A DNA stretch of 64,000 nucleotides from the human T2T-CHM13v2.0 reference genome, Homo sapiens (GCF_009914755.1 NC_060930.1); one strand, 5' to 3'; positions 12,017 through 27,727 are shown, numbered from the stretch's first letter. Translations and numbers: made by a program. Notes: generated by a model not told the origin, from the sequence alone.

Positions 12017-12639
12017 ACAGCATTTCAATATGATAATATTTTCTATTTCATTCAGCTTAAAAATTGTAAGTAGTACATTTTGCATTAATTTTTTATTTTG
12101 CTGCTCTTTGACCCAATATCTACCAGAAATTTATTCCACAGAAATTATATAAAATAAGAAAAGCACTACATGAATTTAAATGTTTATTACAGTGTAGCAG
12201 AAAATTGAAAACAAGTTTCAAACATTACAGGAATGGCTTAATCAATGATGATATGTCCACCTAGTGAAATAGTGTATAGTTACTAAAATGTTTAATTAAA
12301 GAACATAACTCTTACCAAATTGTGTGTGCACATGGACAAAAACTAAAAGACAACATGGAAAACTAAGAGATGATTTATGGTGATATTTGAATATTTTTTG
12401 TTTTTATTATTATTGTAATATAATTGTTTTTATATAAGTATATATTTTAAGCACCAAATTATAAATTTAATTTCCTTGTTTATAGTACTAATTTTTTTTT
12501 AAATTTGAACTTCTAAAAATCATGGACCACTGATATATAGACCATCCATTAACTAAAACAGAAATTCTAGGTTCTACGTGGAATCCAGCTCCCTTTGACA
12601 AAGGATTAGGAAATATGAGAACAGAGCAATGTGGAGAGA

Positions 12640-12876
12640 CAACATTATGTAATGGAAGGGGATTGGATATTAGAGTCAAACCCATCTAGGTTGAACACCA
12701 GCTTTACCCACTATTAACTATGAGGCCTTGAGTAGCTTTCTTCACGTTGGAGAGCCTAAGTTTCCTCATATGCGAGATGAGGGTAATAACAGCAACAACT
12801 GCATTGAATGGTTATTCTAACAAGTGAGTATAGCACTTTACAGTGTCTGGCATGGAAGAAAAGGTAAATAAATATT
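12640..12876 (+). repeat. MIR
   Basis: tagagtcaaa...actatgaggccttgag...gcctaagtttcctcatatgcgagatgagggtaataa...cagtgtctggcat...taaataaatatt. Confidence 0.75.
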
Positions 12877-13301
12877 CAGTCCCTTCTCTCTTCCTCAGTT
12901 TCACTCTCCAAGATTCCAGATGTTAATCTACAAATATTTTAAGTGCTTTTCATCCTGTGATATCTAGTTTCAATATCATATTAATTAGGAAGCAATATAG
13001 TCTTCATGACAAAAATAACGATGGCCCAATAGATCTGAAAAAAAATCTTAATTTTTTAGGTGATTGATTTAAGGGTTGATAAATGCATACATTACTGTTG
13101 AGCATTTTTCCACTTAGCTAAGTCATAAATACAATTCTGAAAATCAAATAATCTCATTCAAACTTATGTTACTAATTTTCAAATCCAAAATAGAGCGGCA
13201 TTGCATAATAAATATTTATCACAGATCATTAATGAACCAAAACCAATAACAATAAAAAATCAGAGAAATAATGGGATAAAATAATGGATGGAAATTCTTA
13301 C

Positions 13302-13349
13302 CACAGCCACTGTCACTGCCTTCCAAAAGCTTCTGGGCATTGTATTTTG
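13302..13349 (-). pseudogene. Candidate 48-nt exon (QNTMPRSFWKAVTVAV or KYNAQKLLEGSDSGC)
   Basis: ttgaatttttttag|CAAAATAC...GGCTGTG|gtaaga. Good splice sites and two open frames. Confidence 0.6.
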
Positions 13350-13799
13350 CTAAAAAAATTCAAAGATGGAAAATTTTAGAAACCTTTTCTCTACTTTTAA
13401 GTGCACAAAAGAAAATTGTGTTCAAATTGTCTTTTCTTGATTAGTTCAAAAGCAAAATAAAAAATGACAGTGCAAAAAATATTTTCCTCCAGTTTGCAAT
13501 GTTTTATTGACCATCCAGCCTATCTGATATGTTGCTTTAATTATGTTTCTGTGTGGGAAGTATTGTCTCCTACCAAAGCATGCTTTTTATTTAGTCACAC
13601 AGGAGATTTTGAGAAAAACAAGTAAGACAATTTAAGTTTTCTTACCAGTGGGAGTCAAGTATGCATTGAGGAAATATTTGTCATGCTTACCACATTTTTG
13701 TGATATGCTCGTCTCACAGAGCCAGTGTACAACTTACATAAAAGAAGAATGGTTGTTGCGTATAACGCTGGAGAAATACTCCCTGCCGCCCATCTTCCC

Positions 13800-14160
13800 T
13801 CCTACAGAATTGCCAGGACAATCTTCCTAAAACATAACTTTTCAATTCTGAATCTTGTTTAAAATTTGTTAAGGTCTCCTTTTTATCTCCTGCCTGATAC
13901 TCAGTCTCTCCAGCCTGCTTCCAATGATCCTCCCTGCAAAATCACCCCAATAACAGGATCAAATTAATCCAACCCTGTACCTTTGCTCATTTTCCTATAG
14001 CTGCTTCAAATGACTTTTATTTAAATTCAAATCATCTCTCAAGACCCAGATCAAGCCATCTCTCATTCATGAGACTTTTCCTAGTCCTTGTGGCTCACAC
14101 TAACTTTTTCTAAATGCCCATAGCAGCTCTTATCGGAACTCTTATCTTGGCATGTAATAA
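13800..14160 (+). repeat. L2 fragment
   Basis: gccaggacaatcttcctaaaac...ctttgctcat...tcaagacccagatcaa...gagacttttcct, typical of L2. Confidence 0.55.
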
Positions 14161-14281
14161 AATACTCCTTTGTACTTTTGCCATTTCAAGTAGCCATATC
14201 CTTTTTATGATCCACCTTCTACTCCAGTTATTGGAAAATAGTAACTGTGGTATTGTAGAAGCAAAACATCATGATTATATC

Positions 14282-14688
14282 TGTGGTAGATTATGTTATT
14301 GTTTGCAATTATTCATTCCCTCCTTTGTGAGTAAAATATATTTCCCCAGCCCACTGATTTGGGGCTTGGACATGTGAATTGCTTTGACCAATGGAATATT
14401 TGCTGTATATCATTTCTGAACACAGGCTTTTAGAGAGATTATAAGACTCCAAAAGTACTCTAGTTCCTGTGCCCTCTGCCATAAGAAAGGCATGTTGCAC
14501 ATGAGGCTCTCCTTTAGTTCATGTTCCAAAATAAGTAGATATATGGAGTAGACTCAGCCTGCAGTCTGCATAGATTCATAGCATCCAACCAGTAGTTGAC
14601 AACATGAACCGGAGACAAGAAATAAATATTTATTCTTGTAAACCACTGAGAATTCGAGGTTGTTATACAATGAAAGCTGACATAAATA
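14282..14688 (+). mobile_element. MLT1 (I/J-like) MaLR LTR
   Basis: tgtggtagatt...tggggcttggacatgtga.ttgctttgaccaatggaat...aataaa...taaaccactgaga...agctgac. Confidence 0.75.
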
Positions 14689-14689
14689 C

Positions 14690-15050
14690 CCACTATTTTG
14701 CTTGCACTATATCATGTATTCACAATATCTCATTTAACTGACATATAATTCTATATTTCATTGCTATATCATCCCCATTTCACATATGTGAAAACAAGGA
14801 TAAAAAACATAAAGTAACTAGCCCAAAACACACAGTACTATAAGATTTTAGAATCAGACACACCTGGTTTTAAAGTTGGATTTTGCCACTTACTAAACTT
14901 AGTATCATATGCAAGATACAATCACAATGAAATTCAGTAAAATAGAGATAATATTTGAATTCTTCTCACAAAGCACACTTTTTAGACCTGTTGGGAGGAT
15001 TAAATTAAATAATGTATTTGACTGTCCAAATGATTTAATAAATGTATATC
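14690..15050. repeat. Two adjacent MIR fragments (minus then plus)
   Basis: atccccatttcacatatgtgaaaac...aagtaactagcccaa, then gaatcagacacacctggt...gccacttacta...gaggattaaattaaataatg. Confidence 0.55.
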
Positions 15051-15916
15051 TTAATTTATGTCACCATTAAATTGGACCATGATAAACTCTTAAATGTAGG
15101 CAGTTTAGGAAGCATGTGTGAGGAAGACAGACTGAGAATAAGAAAAGTCAACAAAATGATCAGGTTACAATGTGGGGAAATGGGCTCAAGCCCACTAAGA
15201 TACTATAAGAGATATGTCTCAGATGGCCAAGTAAGAACCTATCAGGACCAATCTTTTCAAAAATAAGAACTCCTATTTACTTATAATCTCTGGACAAAAT
15301 AAATAAAGTAAAATAAACAAAAAAAAATGACCCAAAGCCACTGGAAAGTGAACAAAAGCAAGAAGATTCTGTAAGAATTAAAACCTGGAAGAAGGACTAG
15401 AAGAGAATGAGTTTCCCATTGTTACAGATTTTAGCCTGAGGGCAGGCTGAAGTCAGCACTGCACAGGGTGGCTAAAATTCTAATAGAAAGTAGTCTTTCT
15501 GGCCTGAAGAATTAGAGAATGGAATTCAGAGTGACCACAGAACCTGGAAAGTGTGGAAGGAAACTGCGAAAAAAGAGAGCCAGAAAGGGAGAGGCCTGAA
15601 TTCTGTTTATGAACTCTACCCAAGTCCCTGAACTATACATGAATGAGGCAGAGACTCTAAGTACCTCAGCTAAGGACAAGAAGAATGAGCTGAGATTTCA
15701 GCTGCTGGCCAAGAAAAAGCATGTACAGCATGAGTTTGACAAAGTTAATTTTCCACTTAAAATATTAACACTCTTTGGAGATATACAGTAGAAACTAGAG
15801 TCTTAACTACAAAACATTCTACAGAGTCCACAACACAATGCAAAATTGCCCAACATATTAAGAACAAGGAAAATGTTCATTTTCAAGAGACAAGACAATG
15901 AGCCAAGATCAATTCA

Positions 15917-16217
15917 GGTGAGTACAATGGCCCATGCCTATAATCCCAGAACTTTGAGAGGCCAAGATGAGAGGATCACTTGAGCCCAGGAATTTGAGAC
16001 CAGCCTAGGTAACATAGTGGGACCCCATCTCTACACAAAATTTAAAAATTAGCCAGGTATGGTGTCATGTGTTTATTGTCCCAGCTACTCGGACAATAGG
16101 CACACGGAGGATCACTTGAGCCCAAGAAGTTGAGGCCACAAGGAGCCATGATCAGACCACTGTACGCCAGCCTGGGTGACAGAGTGAGATCCTATCTCTC
16201 AAGAAAAAAAAGGAAAA
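15917..16217 (+). repeat. AluJ
   Basis: Diverged dimer with gaggatcacttgagcccagg; TSD about aagatcaatt. Confidence 0.93.
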
Positions 16218-16527
16218 AGATCAATTTCAAAGTGATCTAGATGATAAAATTAGCAGACATGAATTTTAAAGCAGATTTTATAACTCTGTTCACTGAAATG
16301 AAACAAAATATGCTTATATTAGTGAAAATATAAAGAATATCAGCAAAAAAATAGAAACTTTAAAAAAGAATCAAAATTCTTGAAATAAAAGATGCAATTT
16401 TGAAATAAAAATCTAACTAGATGGACTTAACAGCAAACGGGACATGACAGAAGAATCTGTAAACTTAGATTAACAGATATTATCCAGTCTGAAGGACAAA
16501 GGTTTTTTATAATTTTTAAAACTATCA

Positions 16528-17118
<591 letters not shown>

Positions 17119-17550
17119 TTATATGGCAACAACTATTCTAATATATACTGATTTCCTCCTCAGAAACTATAGTGATCAGAAGACAGTGAAACATCTCTAA
17201 AGTGCTAAAAGAAAAAAAAAAAATCTGTCATCTCAGAATTCTATATCCAATGAAAATGTCTTTTCAAGTACAAAGGCAAAATAAAGACATTTCCATGCAG
17301 TACAATATTAAAAGGAGAACTGCACTATAAGAAATGTCAAAGAACCTTTTTTTTAGACTGGAAGAAAAATGAAACCAAATGGAAACTGAGATCTTCAGAA
17401 AGAAATAAAGAGATTTTGAAGTGGTTAATATGGGTAAATATGAGAGACCATTTTTTCCTCTTTAAAAGATAAATATAATTATTTAAAGCAAATATTATGA
17501 CATTGTCTTGTGAAGTTTTTAATATATGTAGTTGTAAAATATAACATCTA

Positions 17551-18630
17551 CAGTAGTATCCACTTATCCTCAGGGGATATGTTCTAAGACCTCCAATGGA
17601 TGCCTGAAACAAGATAGTACCAAACCCTATTGCCATCAAGCAAAACACATATCTATTCATGTCTTTCACTCACAGACTTAATGCCTTTTCCATCCTAACC
17701 AAGCACTCATCATGCACTGTGGCCATAACTTCTGCAGTGTGAGGTGCAACAGCAAAACTAGCATAAATTTCTTTTTCCTTATTCACGATTTCACAGACAG
17801 AAGATTTGTTGTTACCACAAATCTTAGCAACCTCAGCATGTGATTTTTTTTTCTTTCCTTATTAAGTTGGGAACTTTCACCTTTCCACTTAAAGGAAGCA
17901 GTTTATAGCTTCTCTTTGGCATATCCAAATTGTGAGTATCACTACTCTTGCACTTTGGGGCCATTACTTAGTAAAATAAGGGTTATCTGAAGCAAGCACT
18001 GTGATACCATGACAGTCAATCTGATAACCAAGATGGCTACTAGGTGACTAATAAGTGATGTATTAGTCCGTTTTCACACTGCTGATAAAGACATACCCCA
18101 AACTGGGCAATTTACAAAAGAAAGAAGTTTAATGGACTTACAGTTCCAAGTGGCTGGGGAGGCCTGGCAACCATGGCGGAAGGTGAAAGACACGTTTCAC
18201 ATGGCGGCAGACAGGAGAAGAGAGCTTATTCAGGGAAACTCCCCTTTATAAAACCATCAGATCTCATGAGACTTATTCACTATCACGAGAACAGCACAGG
18301 AAAGACCTGCCCCTATGACTCAACTACCTCCCACCGGGTCCCTCCCACAACACGTGGGAATTCAAAATGAAATTCGGGTGCGGACACAGCAAAACCGTAA
18401 CAGGTGAGTAGAGCATACAGCATGGATACACTGGACAAAGGGATGATTCATGTTCTGGGTGGGATGGAGTAGGATGGCACAAGGCTTTCATCACACTACT
18501 CAGAACAATGTACAATTTAAAGCTTATGAATTATTTCTGGAATTTTCCATTTAATATTTGTGGATTACAATTGACTGTGGGTAACTGAAACTGCAGCAAG
18601 TGAAACAGCAAATAACGGGGGAGACTACTG
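17551..18630 (-). mobile_element. MER44/Tigger7-type DNA transposon
   Basis: TA|cagtagt...actactg|TA terminal inverted repeats with TA TSD; ggggatatgttctaagacc...tggatgcctgaaac. Confidence 0.85.
18059..18402 (-). mobile_element. THE1 (THE1B-like) solo LTR inside MER44
   Basis: tgtattagtccgttttcacactgctgataaagacatacc...ggacacagcaaaaccgtaaca; 5-bp TSD agtga/ggtga. Confidence 0.92.
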
Positions 18631-18682
18631 TATATCATAAAGGGCCAAAGGGGGTGGTTAATTGATATATAAAGTTGCATGG

Positions 18683-18943
18683 ACGCCTGTAATCCCAGCA
18701 CTTTGGGAGGCCGAGGCGGATGGATCACGAGGTCAGGAGATCGAGATCATCCTGGCTAACACGGTGAAACCCCGTCTCTACTAAAAATACAAAAAAATTA
18801 GCCAGGCGTGGTGGCTGGCGCCAGTAGTCCCAGCTACTCAGGAGGCTGAGGCAGGAGAATGGCGTGAACCCGGGAGGCGGAGCTTGCAGTGAGCCGAGAT
18901 TTTGCCACTGCACTCCATCCTGGGCTACAGAGCCAGACACCGT

Positions 18944-18974
<31 letters not shown>
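18683..18974 (+). repeat. AluY, slightly 5'-truncated
   Basis: ggatcacgaggtcaggagatcgag, ggcgtgaacccgggaggcggagcttg; ~30-nt A tail; TSD aaagttgcatgg. Confidence 0.96.
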
Positions 18975-18980
<6 letters not shown>

Positions 18981-20411
18981 GCATGGTTTCTACATTTTAC
19001 ATGAAGCAGCCACCAAAAATAATAATAACATAATAATAATAACATGAAGTGGTTAGCTAAACAGTAATAAATAAATAAATAAATAAAACAAAAAGAAAGC
19101 AGACAAGAAAGAATAAAAACAGAAACAAACAGAAAACAAGTAATAAAATAATAGGTCTAAATCCAACCACATTAGTAACTACATTAAATTTTAATGAACT
19201 AAATACTCTGATTGAAAGTCAGAGATCGTAAAATTAATAAAAAAGCAAGACGCAACAACATGCTATCTACAAGAGATGCACTTTCAATATAAAGGCACAA
19301 GTTGAAAGGAAATGGATGGGAAAGATATACCATGCAAATAACAACCATAAGAAGGCTGAAGTAGTTATGTTAGTATCAGATAAACTTCAAAAATCAGTCC
19401 ACCTCAGTACAAAGAAAGTAGAGTTGCCCCTGCTTTTAGTGGAACAAGTGCCTACAGGGCAGAGAAAGCCCTCAGGCAGCAAAACAGCAACAGACCAAGT
19501 GCCAACAACTGTCTGCTGATGTAGGTGAATTTATGGAGCCAGGGGAATATAGTGCAGCCATCATTGGCATCTGCTATAGAGTGAGTTAATACATAAATTA
19601 ATAAAGAGTGGTCCCAGCAAAGTAGATAAACAGAAAACTCTTCTGCTATAAGCACTTAAAAACACTAGGCAAATGTAACAAAAATACTTTTTACATGCAT
19701 AGGCAATTCCCAATAAAGTTACCAGAAACTAAAAACGCAAATGACAATCAAGTGATCTGATGTTACAGCTACAGGGGAAAGTCGTGATGTTTGCAGATGG
19801 ACAGAAGTAGATTTCATAATTCCCCAGATTCTTGTCTCTCTCATTGATTAACAAAGGAGTTCAGGTACCAAAACTGCCCCTCTGCAAGATGGCTTCCTTC
19901 TACTAAGAGAGACCATCTAAGCTCCAAGACCTTACCCAGTTAGAAAGAGATTCTGTGTCTGTCACGTTTCTTTCTGTTGTAAGCTATAAAAAACTGGCTT
20001 GGGGTGAGGGAGGATAAGTTTGAAGAAGGAGGAATTCTTGGCTTATGTAAATGAGAATTAAGCTTTGCTGGATTCAACACTCAGATAATGTCAATATGAC
20101 TTGTTCTCCCTCCATTTCTCAACTCTTCTTTCCTCCGTGCTGACTTTCTTCACAGAGATCTAATCCACATGGTAGCAAGATGGCAGTCTGTATCTCCAGG
20201 CTTAGTCTTTATTGCTTCTGCCCCAGAAAATAAGAAAGTATCTCTTTTATTGTAGACAAACAAAAGTCTTAGGCCTGACTCTAATCAGTCCAAATAGGGT
20301 AGCATGCCCATTTTTAAACCAAACACCCCAGGGAATGCACCATTCTGATTTCCCAGTTAAGTCATATTCCCGCTCCTGAACATGGAATGGACTCAATACC
20401 ACTTAAGCTAC

Positions 20412-20935
20412 TGTAACAGACTCTTTGGTACCCTGTGTCACTTCCCCTTGTGCCACCTCTGATTTCAGCATCAGCTGTGATAGAATTTTCTGTGCATACT
20501 GAACCCACCACACTCAAGCACCTGCCCTGTGTTTCTCCACTTTTCTGCTTCAAGGCTTTCCAAAGCAATGGGAATTTCCTCAACCTCCACGTGGGCACAG
20601 GCCCAAAGTGCAGGGGATTTAATGTCCCTAGTGGCAATATTCAACCAAGTAGGGATGGAGATAGCAGATAATTCTGCAGCCTCCCAACCTTCAGAGAGGT
20701 TATACCTAGGAACGTTCTAATGAGTTCCTATAGGATCTTTGACAGAATTGAGCCCCACTTGCCGCAGTGATAATGAATTTGATAAATCACTCTATTGGCT
20801 ATTGGCTTTTCCATGTTTCATGTGTTTCATACTCTCCCTACTTCCTCACTTCTGCTTCTTGATATCATCTCCCAAATAAATCCCTACACCCAACTTCTAA
20901 TCTCAGGCTCTGCTTAAAGGAATCCAAACTAATAA
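20412..20935 (+). mobile_element. LTR16-like ERVL LTR, nested in an MLT1-like remnant (~19960-21050)
   Basis: Starts tgtaacagac...; ends cccaaataaa...tctcaggctctgctt...aatccaaactaa. Confidence 0.6.
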
Positions 20936-21388
20936 ACTATATGAACTGGAAGTGAGATAAAAGATGCTTTTTCTGAAAAAAAAGTTAGGACACTGTTAAC
21001 AGAAGGATGACAGCACAAAACAACAAATGTCTATTACAAACCATCAGTTACCCAAATTTCTCCTATCTATGTAGGGACAGACCAAGACTTCCCATCTACT
21101 CTGGAGAGATTCCCAAGAGTCCTATACACTCTCTAGCTAGACTGTCAAAGGTAACAAACTTGGATCCTATTTTAGCTCTTCTTTTTCCTTTTTTTCTTTA
21201 TAAAAGGTAATACAAGTTCAAATCGATCAACTCTTTATTCTTCTGAGGATCATTTCTGTAAATTATATTAATCTTTTCAGTTACTGTTTGCTTTGGCTAC
21301 CTGTATACTCTTTGCTGAATCCCAATATTTCTGTTCCTATCTTGTCTGGAAGAATCAGCTTTGGGAGCAAAGGTTTTGTTCAGTTTAC

Positions 21389-21489
21389 CTTGATTTTATC
21401 ACATTTTTATTAATATCCCCAACCAAAAGACTCAAAATAATACATGATATCTCCCTTTCCAATCTTAGACCTAGATGTTGTATATTATC
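21389..21489 (-). pseudogene. Candidate exon of decayed gene
   Basis: cattcttag|GATAATATA...AAAATCAAG|gtaaac. One frame is open (DNIQHLGLRLEREISCIILSLLV...); another reads SKIGKGDIMYYFESFGWGY**KCDKIK. Confidence 0.45.
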
Positions 21490-21676
21490 CTAAGAATGAC
21501 CATGAGCACAAACACTATGGGAATTGGTAAATGTTTTCTTAACTAGTAGACAATTTCATCCATTCAGGAACCCCCTACTACCCCTTACCAAAAAAAGTTC
21601 TATACTCCTTTTGTTTAGTTAAAACCCCTCTGTAAGGAAACACTTCCCCTTGAAAAATGCTAATCTCCCCCTTTAA

Positions 21677-22192
<516 letters not shown>

Positions 22193-22216
22193 TTAACCAG
22201 AAAAACGTAAACAATC

Positions 22217-22890
22217 TGAAACTGCCTTGGCAAAATTATAGCAGTTAGAAAAACTGACATAACTGATTTCATCTTGTTTCTAACTTCACAAGCTAAGTGC
22301 CTTTGCTGATTTCTGTACATAGACCAAGCTAACTGTGGGAGAAATTTAGTTTATAATTTAACTTTAAAGTGAGGATAATAACAGTCCCTTCCCAAAACTC
22401 ACCCCTCTGTTTAGGGTCTGAAACCACATTTATAAAACTAATAGAAGCCTACAAAGTTAAGATTACTGTAGGACCCTGAATTTTGTTAAAATATATGCAT
22501 AAACAGTAATCAATCATTGTCTCTTAGCTCACTTTTTATAATTGCTTACTGCTCGAGGAGTCACATAACCAGTGGTTACAATATTGGTAACTTCTCCAAT
22601 TGCTCTTATAGGTAACACCCCTATTGTGAAACCTAAGACTGATCTTTGAGATATTTTTCAGACTTGGCATTCTGATGGACCAACTGACACCACCCGGACT
22701 GGTTACCCCCACCAAGGAGCTGACTTAACACGTGAAGACAGTTTTGACACCTCTGTGATTTCATCCCTGACCCAACGAATCAGTAGAACCCATTCCCTAG
22801 TCCCCTGACCACCAGACAATTCTTAAAAACCCTCATCTCCAAATTTTCAGGGAGGTGGTTTGAGAAATATCATCCATCCTCCTCACCTGG
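22217..22890 (+). mobile_element. LTR8/LTR26-like ERV1 LTR, 3'-truncated
   Basis: tgaaactgccttggcaaaattata...catcttgtttctaac...aaacctaagactgatctttgagatatttttcagac. Confidence 0.75.
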
Positions 22891-22964
22891 CTTCCTTGTA
22901 AGCAGCCTCCTCTTTCATAAATGAAGACTTTTTGTTCTTATTTTTCCTAAATAAGGACATATAA

Positions 22965-23357
<393 letters not shown>

Positions 23358-23399
23358 CTATTGTAGACAAAGGCATTAATCAGTAAACCAAGAAAGCAA

Positions 23400-23932
23400 G
23401 ACCATCAAAACGAGGCAAACTATGCCAAAATTTTAGCCCATTGCATATATTCTTTTCAGACTTAGGTATTATAAACCAAGGCAAATTCATTTTCAATGTT
23501 TCGTATTCTAGAATAAATTGACACCTTAGAATTGCCTTTTTCACTTGTCTTCTCACCAGTGTACAATGAAGTTTTTTTATATGCCATATGATATATAATA
23601 TCACAGATTGAATGCAGGAGGTATGAGACTCTGGCTGTGTTCTATTAGCCAGCTCTCAAAGAGATTTGCAAAAATTTAAAACAATGCAAGTCTCCTCACT
23701 AATTTTTTAAAATATAATTTGTTTTTATTAAATGTGTTATTTAGGTTAGCATGCAATCAGTTCATCATCTCTATTTTTCAAAAGGATCAAATACTTTAAA
23801 GGTTTCTTAATTGTCATTTCCAATATGGCAAATGCTGATAAATATAACCTACTTAAACAAAAGCTCTTTAGTTGTCCTTAAAAGTTTTAAAAATGTGAAG
23901 GGATCCTGAGATCAAAGGGTTTGAAAATAACT
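23400..23932. mobile_element. Charlie1-like hAT fragment
   Basis: cagattgaatgcag...aaagagatttgcaaaaat...gggatcctgagatcaaagggtttgaaaataactg terminus. Confidence 0.6.
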
Positions 23933-24044
23933 GCATTAGGATAAAACTACTCTCTTTTTCCTTGACAAACAAGGCACATAAATAATTATATTTCTCTAGC
24001 ACCAATGTTCACAGTATAGTCTCAATGAGCCATATTAATTATAA

Positions 24045-24245
24045 TTTTTTTTAGACAAGGTCTCACTCTGTCACCTAAGCTGGAGTGCACTAGTGCAATC
24101 ATAGCTCACCACAGCCTTGAACTCCTGGGCTCAAGCGATCCTCTCACCTCAGCCTCCTGAGCAGCTAGGACAAACTACAGGCACCACACCCAGCTAATTT
24201 TTTTCTTTTTCGTAGAGATGGGGTCTTGTTATGTTGCCCAAGCTG
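24045..24245 (-). repeat. AluJ, 5'-truncated
   Basis: Right arm plus part of left arm; gcaatcatagctcac, ctcctgggctcaagcgatcc. Confidence 0.9.
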
Positions 24246-25019
24246 TAGTTATAACTTTTAATCAAAGTAGTTAACCTCTACTTTACATAGAAAATTGGAT
24301 TAAGGTAGGTAATTGAAAACTGTTTAATATAAAGGAGTATTTTAGTAGACTAGCAAATTCACGAACACACATAACACAACTTTCTACAAACATACACATC
24401 CCTTTTACATCATAGAGTGGCAAATGAGCACATTCATTAAATGATCCAAAGATTTAGATTTACAGAATATTTAAAAATAAGCAAAAGCTTAGAAATAATA
24501 TGATATTTAATAATCAAAATCTCAGAATTGCATCTTAGAAATTATTTACGTATCCAATAATTACCGATACATTTGCCTAATATAATATTAATTCAAGATT
24601 GTAAGCTACCCAAAGATCTCAAAAATTGTTTAAACTGGAAGACTTTAAAAACTTAATTGTTCTTTATATAAAAGTTTGTCAAAATAATTATTCTATTTTA
24701 TTTCACACAAATTTATGTTTTTTATAATCTTAAACATTATGGAGGAGTAATGTTAGCTTACTTGACTAGAAAATCTGTATGTCCTATATAAGTTTAGAAA
24801 AAATAAGCCCCAGTAAAATAAATTGTATAATTATATTTTATGATTTAGTACACTGATAAATCCAGAAAAAATATAGTTGTTATTTTCTCATCAAAATTAT
24901 TACACTAATCTCATTTGCTTTAATTATGTGAACGGGGATTCCTAAAATATTCCTAAATTAAGTTTCTATAAGAATTTTTTAAAGTTTAGCACATTTAAAA
25001 TGTTAGAAGTCAAAGTCCT

Positions 25020-25167
25020 GGCTGTGCGCGGTGGCTCATGCCTGTAATCACAGCTCTTAGGGAGGCAGAGGCGAGAGGATAGCTTGAGCCCAGGAGTTCG
25101 AGACCTGTCTAGGCAATATAGTGAGACCCTGTTCTCCACAAAAAGGGGGGGAAAAAAGATAAAAAAA
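25020..25167 (+). pseudogene. BCYRN1: BC200 RNA (BCYRN1) retropseudogene
   Basis: Monomeric Alu-like body with BC200-diagnostic strings cagctct.agggagg, ggatagcttgagccc, gagacctg.ct.ggcaatatag and ccctgttctcca.aaaaagg, then an A-rich aaagataaaa tail. TSD aaagtcct (25012-25019, 25168-25175). No C-rich unique domain. Confidence 0.88.
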
Positions 25168-25463
25168 AAAGTCCTTCTGTTACAGGCATTTTTAGGGACT
25201 TTAGTTTATATAAGCACTTATTTAACTCAATAAGCCAATCAGAACAGAGCCCCTTTAATTTAAGAGATTATAATCTAATTTATTAATACTTTCTGGAGCT
25301 AAGAAAATATTTTATACTCATAAAATGGGAGGAAAGGGTCTTTCTGAATTATAGACACATAAACACAAAGACACATAGGCACAGATATATAGAAAACTTT
25401 TAGCTTCAGTTCTACAACTTCAGCCATAGGTCAAGAGTAAACATAGAAACACAAAAGCTCGAC

Positions 25464-25741
25464 AGCCGGGCACGGTGGCTCATGCCTGTAATCCTAGCAC
25501 TTTGGGAGGCCAAGGTGGGTGGATCAACTGAGCTCAAAAGTTTGAGATCAGCCTGACCAACATGGTGAAACTCTGTCTCTACTAATAATACAAAAATTAG
25601 CCGAGTATGGTGATGGGAACCTGTAATCCCAGCTACTCGGGACGGCAAGGAGGAGAATTGCTTGAACTTGGGAGGTGGAGGTTGCAGTGAGTGGAGATCG
25701 TGCCATTGCACTCCAGCCTGGGCAACAGAGAGAGACTCTGT

Positions 25742-25790
<49 letters not shown>
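25464..25790 (+). repeat. AluS with (CA)n microsatellite tail
   Basis: Dimer ending ctctgtct followed directly by ~(CA)24. Confidence 0.95.
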
Positions 25791-25794
<4 letters not shown>

Positions 25795-26435
25795 AAGCTC
25801 AACAGGGCAAATATCGAAGAACTGTTCTCTTTCCCACTGAACATAACATTTTTAACTGAGTTCAAAATAAACAAACAAAAAAAGACTAGCAAGCCAAATT
25901 TTCTGTCATCCCTCACTCAATAGAAAATAAATCTCTATCATCCATTTACAGAAAGCATCAAATACATCACACCATAAAATCAAATGCCAAGTCACTGCTG
26001 CCACCAGTAGAGAATACTTATTTGTCATGTGTGAACAAAAGAAAACACAAAATCAAGGGAAAAAATGGGGAAAAAACTAGAGAAATAGCCAAGTTAAAGT
26101 TCTACTGACACTAGGGATTATTCTGGGATCTAAGAAACAATATGCCTAGGTTTAAGTAACCCACAAAATCCACTTTTCCAGCAAGGCAGTTTACCTGGCT
26201 TTGTCATCAGGCATCTCAGTGGATGACCACCTAAAACTATTAGGGATAATTTTTATAGGTAAAATTATGGCTATCATACAAATATAAAATTAACATATGC
26301 CAACTTTGTAACTCATTGATTAATGAGGGAACCAATAAGATGTTACATAGACCATGAGTTTCTTAAAAGAAGAAAAAGAAAAATTTTCTTTGTAACAAAT
26401 TGTTCAAAGAACAATCTAAAGAACAGATAGATATA

Positions 26436-26754
<319 letters not shown>

Positions 26755-27249
26755 TTAGGAATAATGAAATTAATTTGTTAATAGATATAAAATGGACCTC
26801 TTGGGGAGAAAGGGAAATCAATTGCCTCTCCAGCAGGCAAAATTCACTTACATTACTTCCCATTTTCTCCAACTTAACCGTGTTTAAAATACTCCATTAA
26901 GACAGTGGAAGATACAGACTCCTATAGTATTAGGTAACCTAGAAGTGTTCACTAAAAAAATTCAGTATTCCATTGAAAAGATACCCAGTAATCTTTTTTT
27001 CTTTTGTTTCTTTTTTCCCATTTCAAAATCTTTCACAATTTTGCCTGACAATACAATGAAATACTATTCAGACATAAAAAAAGGGTTGGGGGATAGAGAA
27101 TATATGCGTTTTGGTATACAGAAGAATAAAATATCTCTGAAAATATTTTTTAAATGCCGTCACTATTGGTTGCCTCTAGCAAGGGTAACAGGGTGACCAG
27201 GGATCAGTGATAAGGAGAAGCTTCTCAGTATATATATAAAACCTTCTAG

Positions 27250-27383
27250 GGTTCGGCATGGTGGCTCATACCTGTTATCCCAACCTTTAGGGAGGCTGAG
27301 GTGGGAGGATCATTTGAAGCCAAAAGTTCAAGACCAACCTGGCCAAGATAGCGAGATCCCATCTCAAAAAAAAGAAAAAAAAA
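27250..27383 (+). repeat. FLAM/AluJ left monomer
   Basis: Single arm followed by an A tail. Confidence 0.88.
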
Positions 27384-27433
27384 TTTTATGTCTTTGAGTT
27401 TTGAAACTTGAGAATCTATTTTTAAGTGAATAA

Positions 27434-27727
<294 letters not shown>

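Larger units (their letters stand above)
23960..26200 (-). mobile_element. Possible AT-rich ERV1 (MER4-group) internal remnant hosting Alu and BC200 insertions
   Basis: Composition and motifs such as ttataagcactt...aagccaatcagaacagagc resemble MER4-group internal sequence; family not pinned down. Confidence 0.4.
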
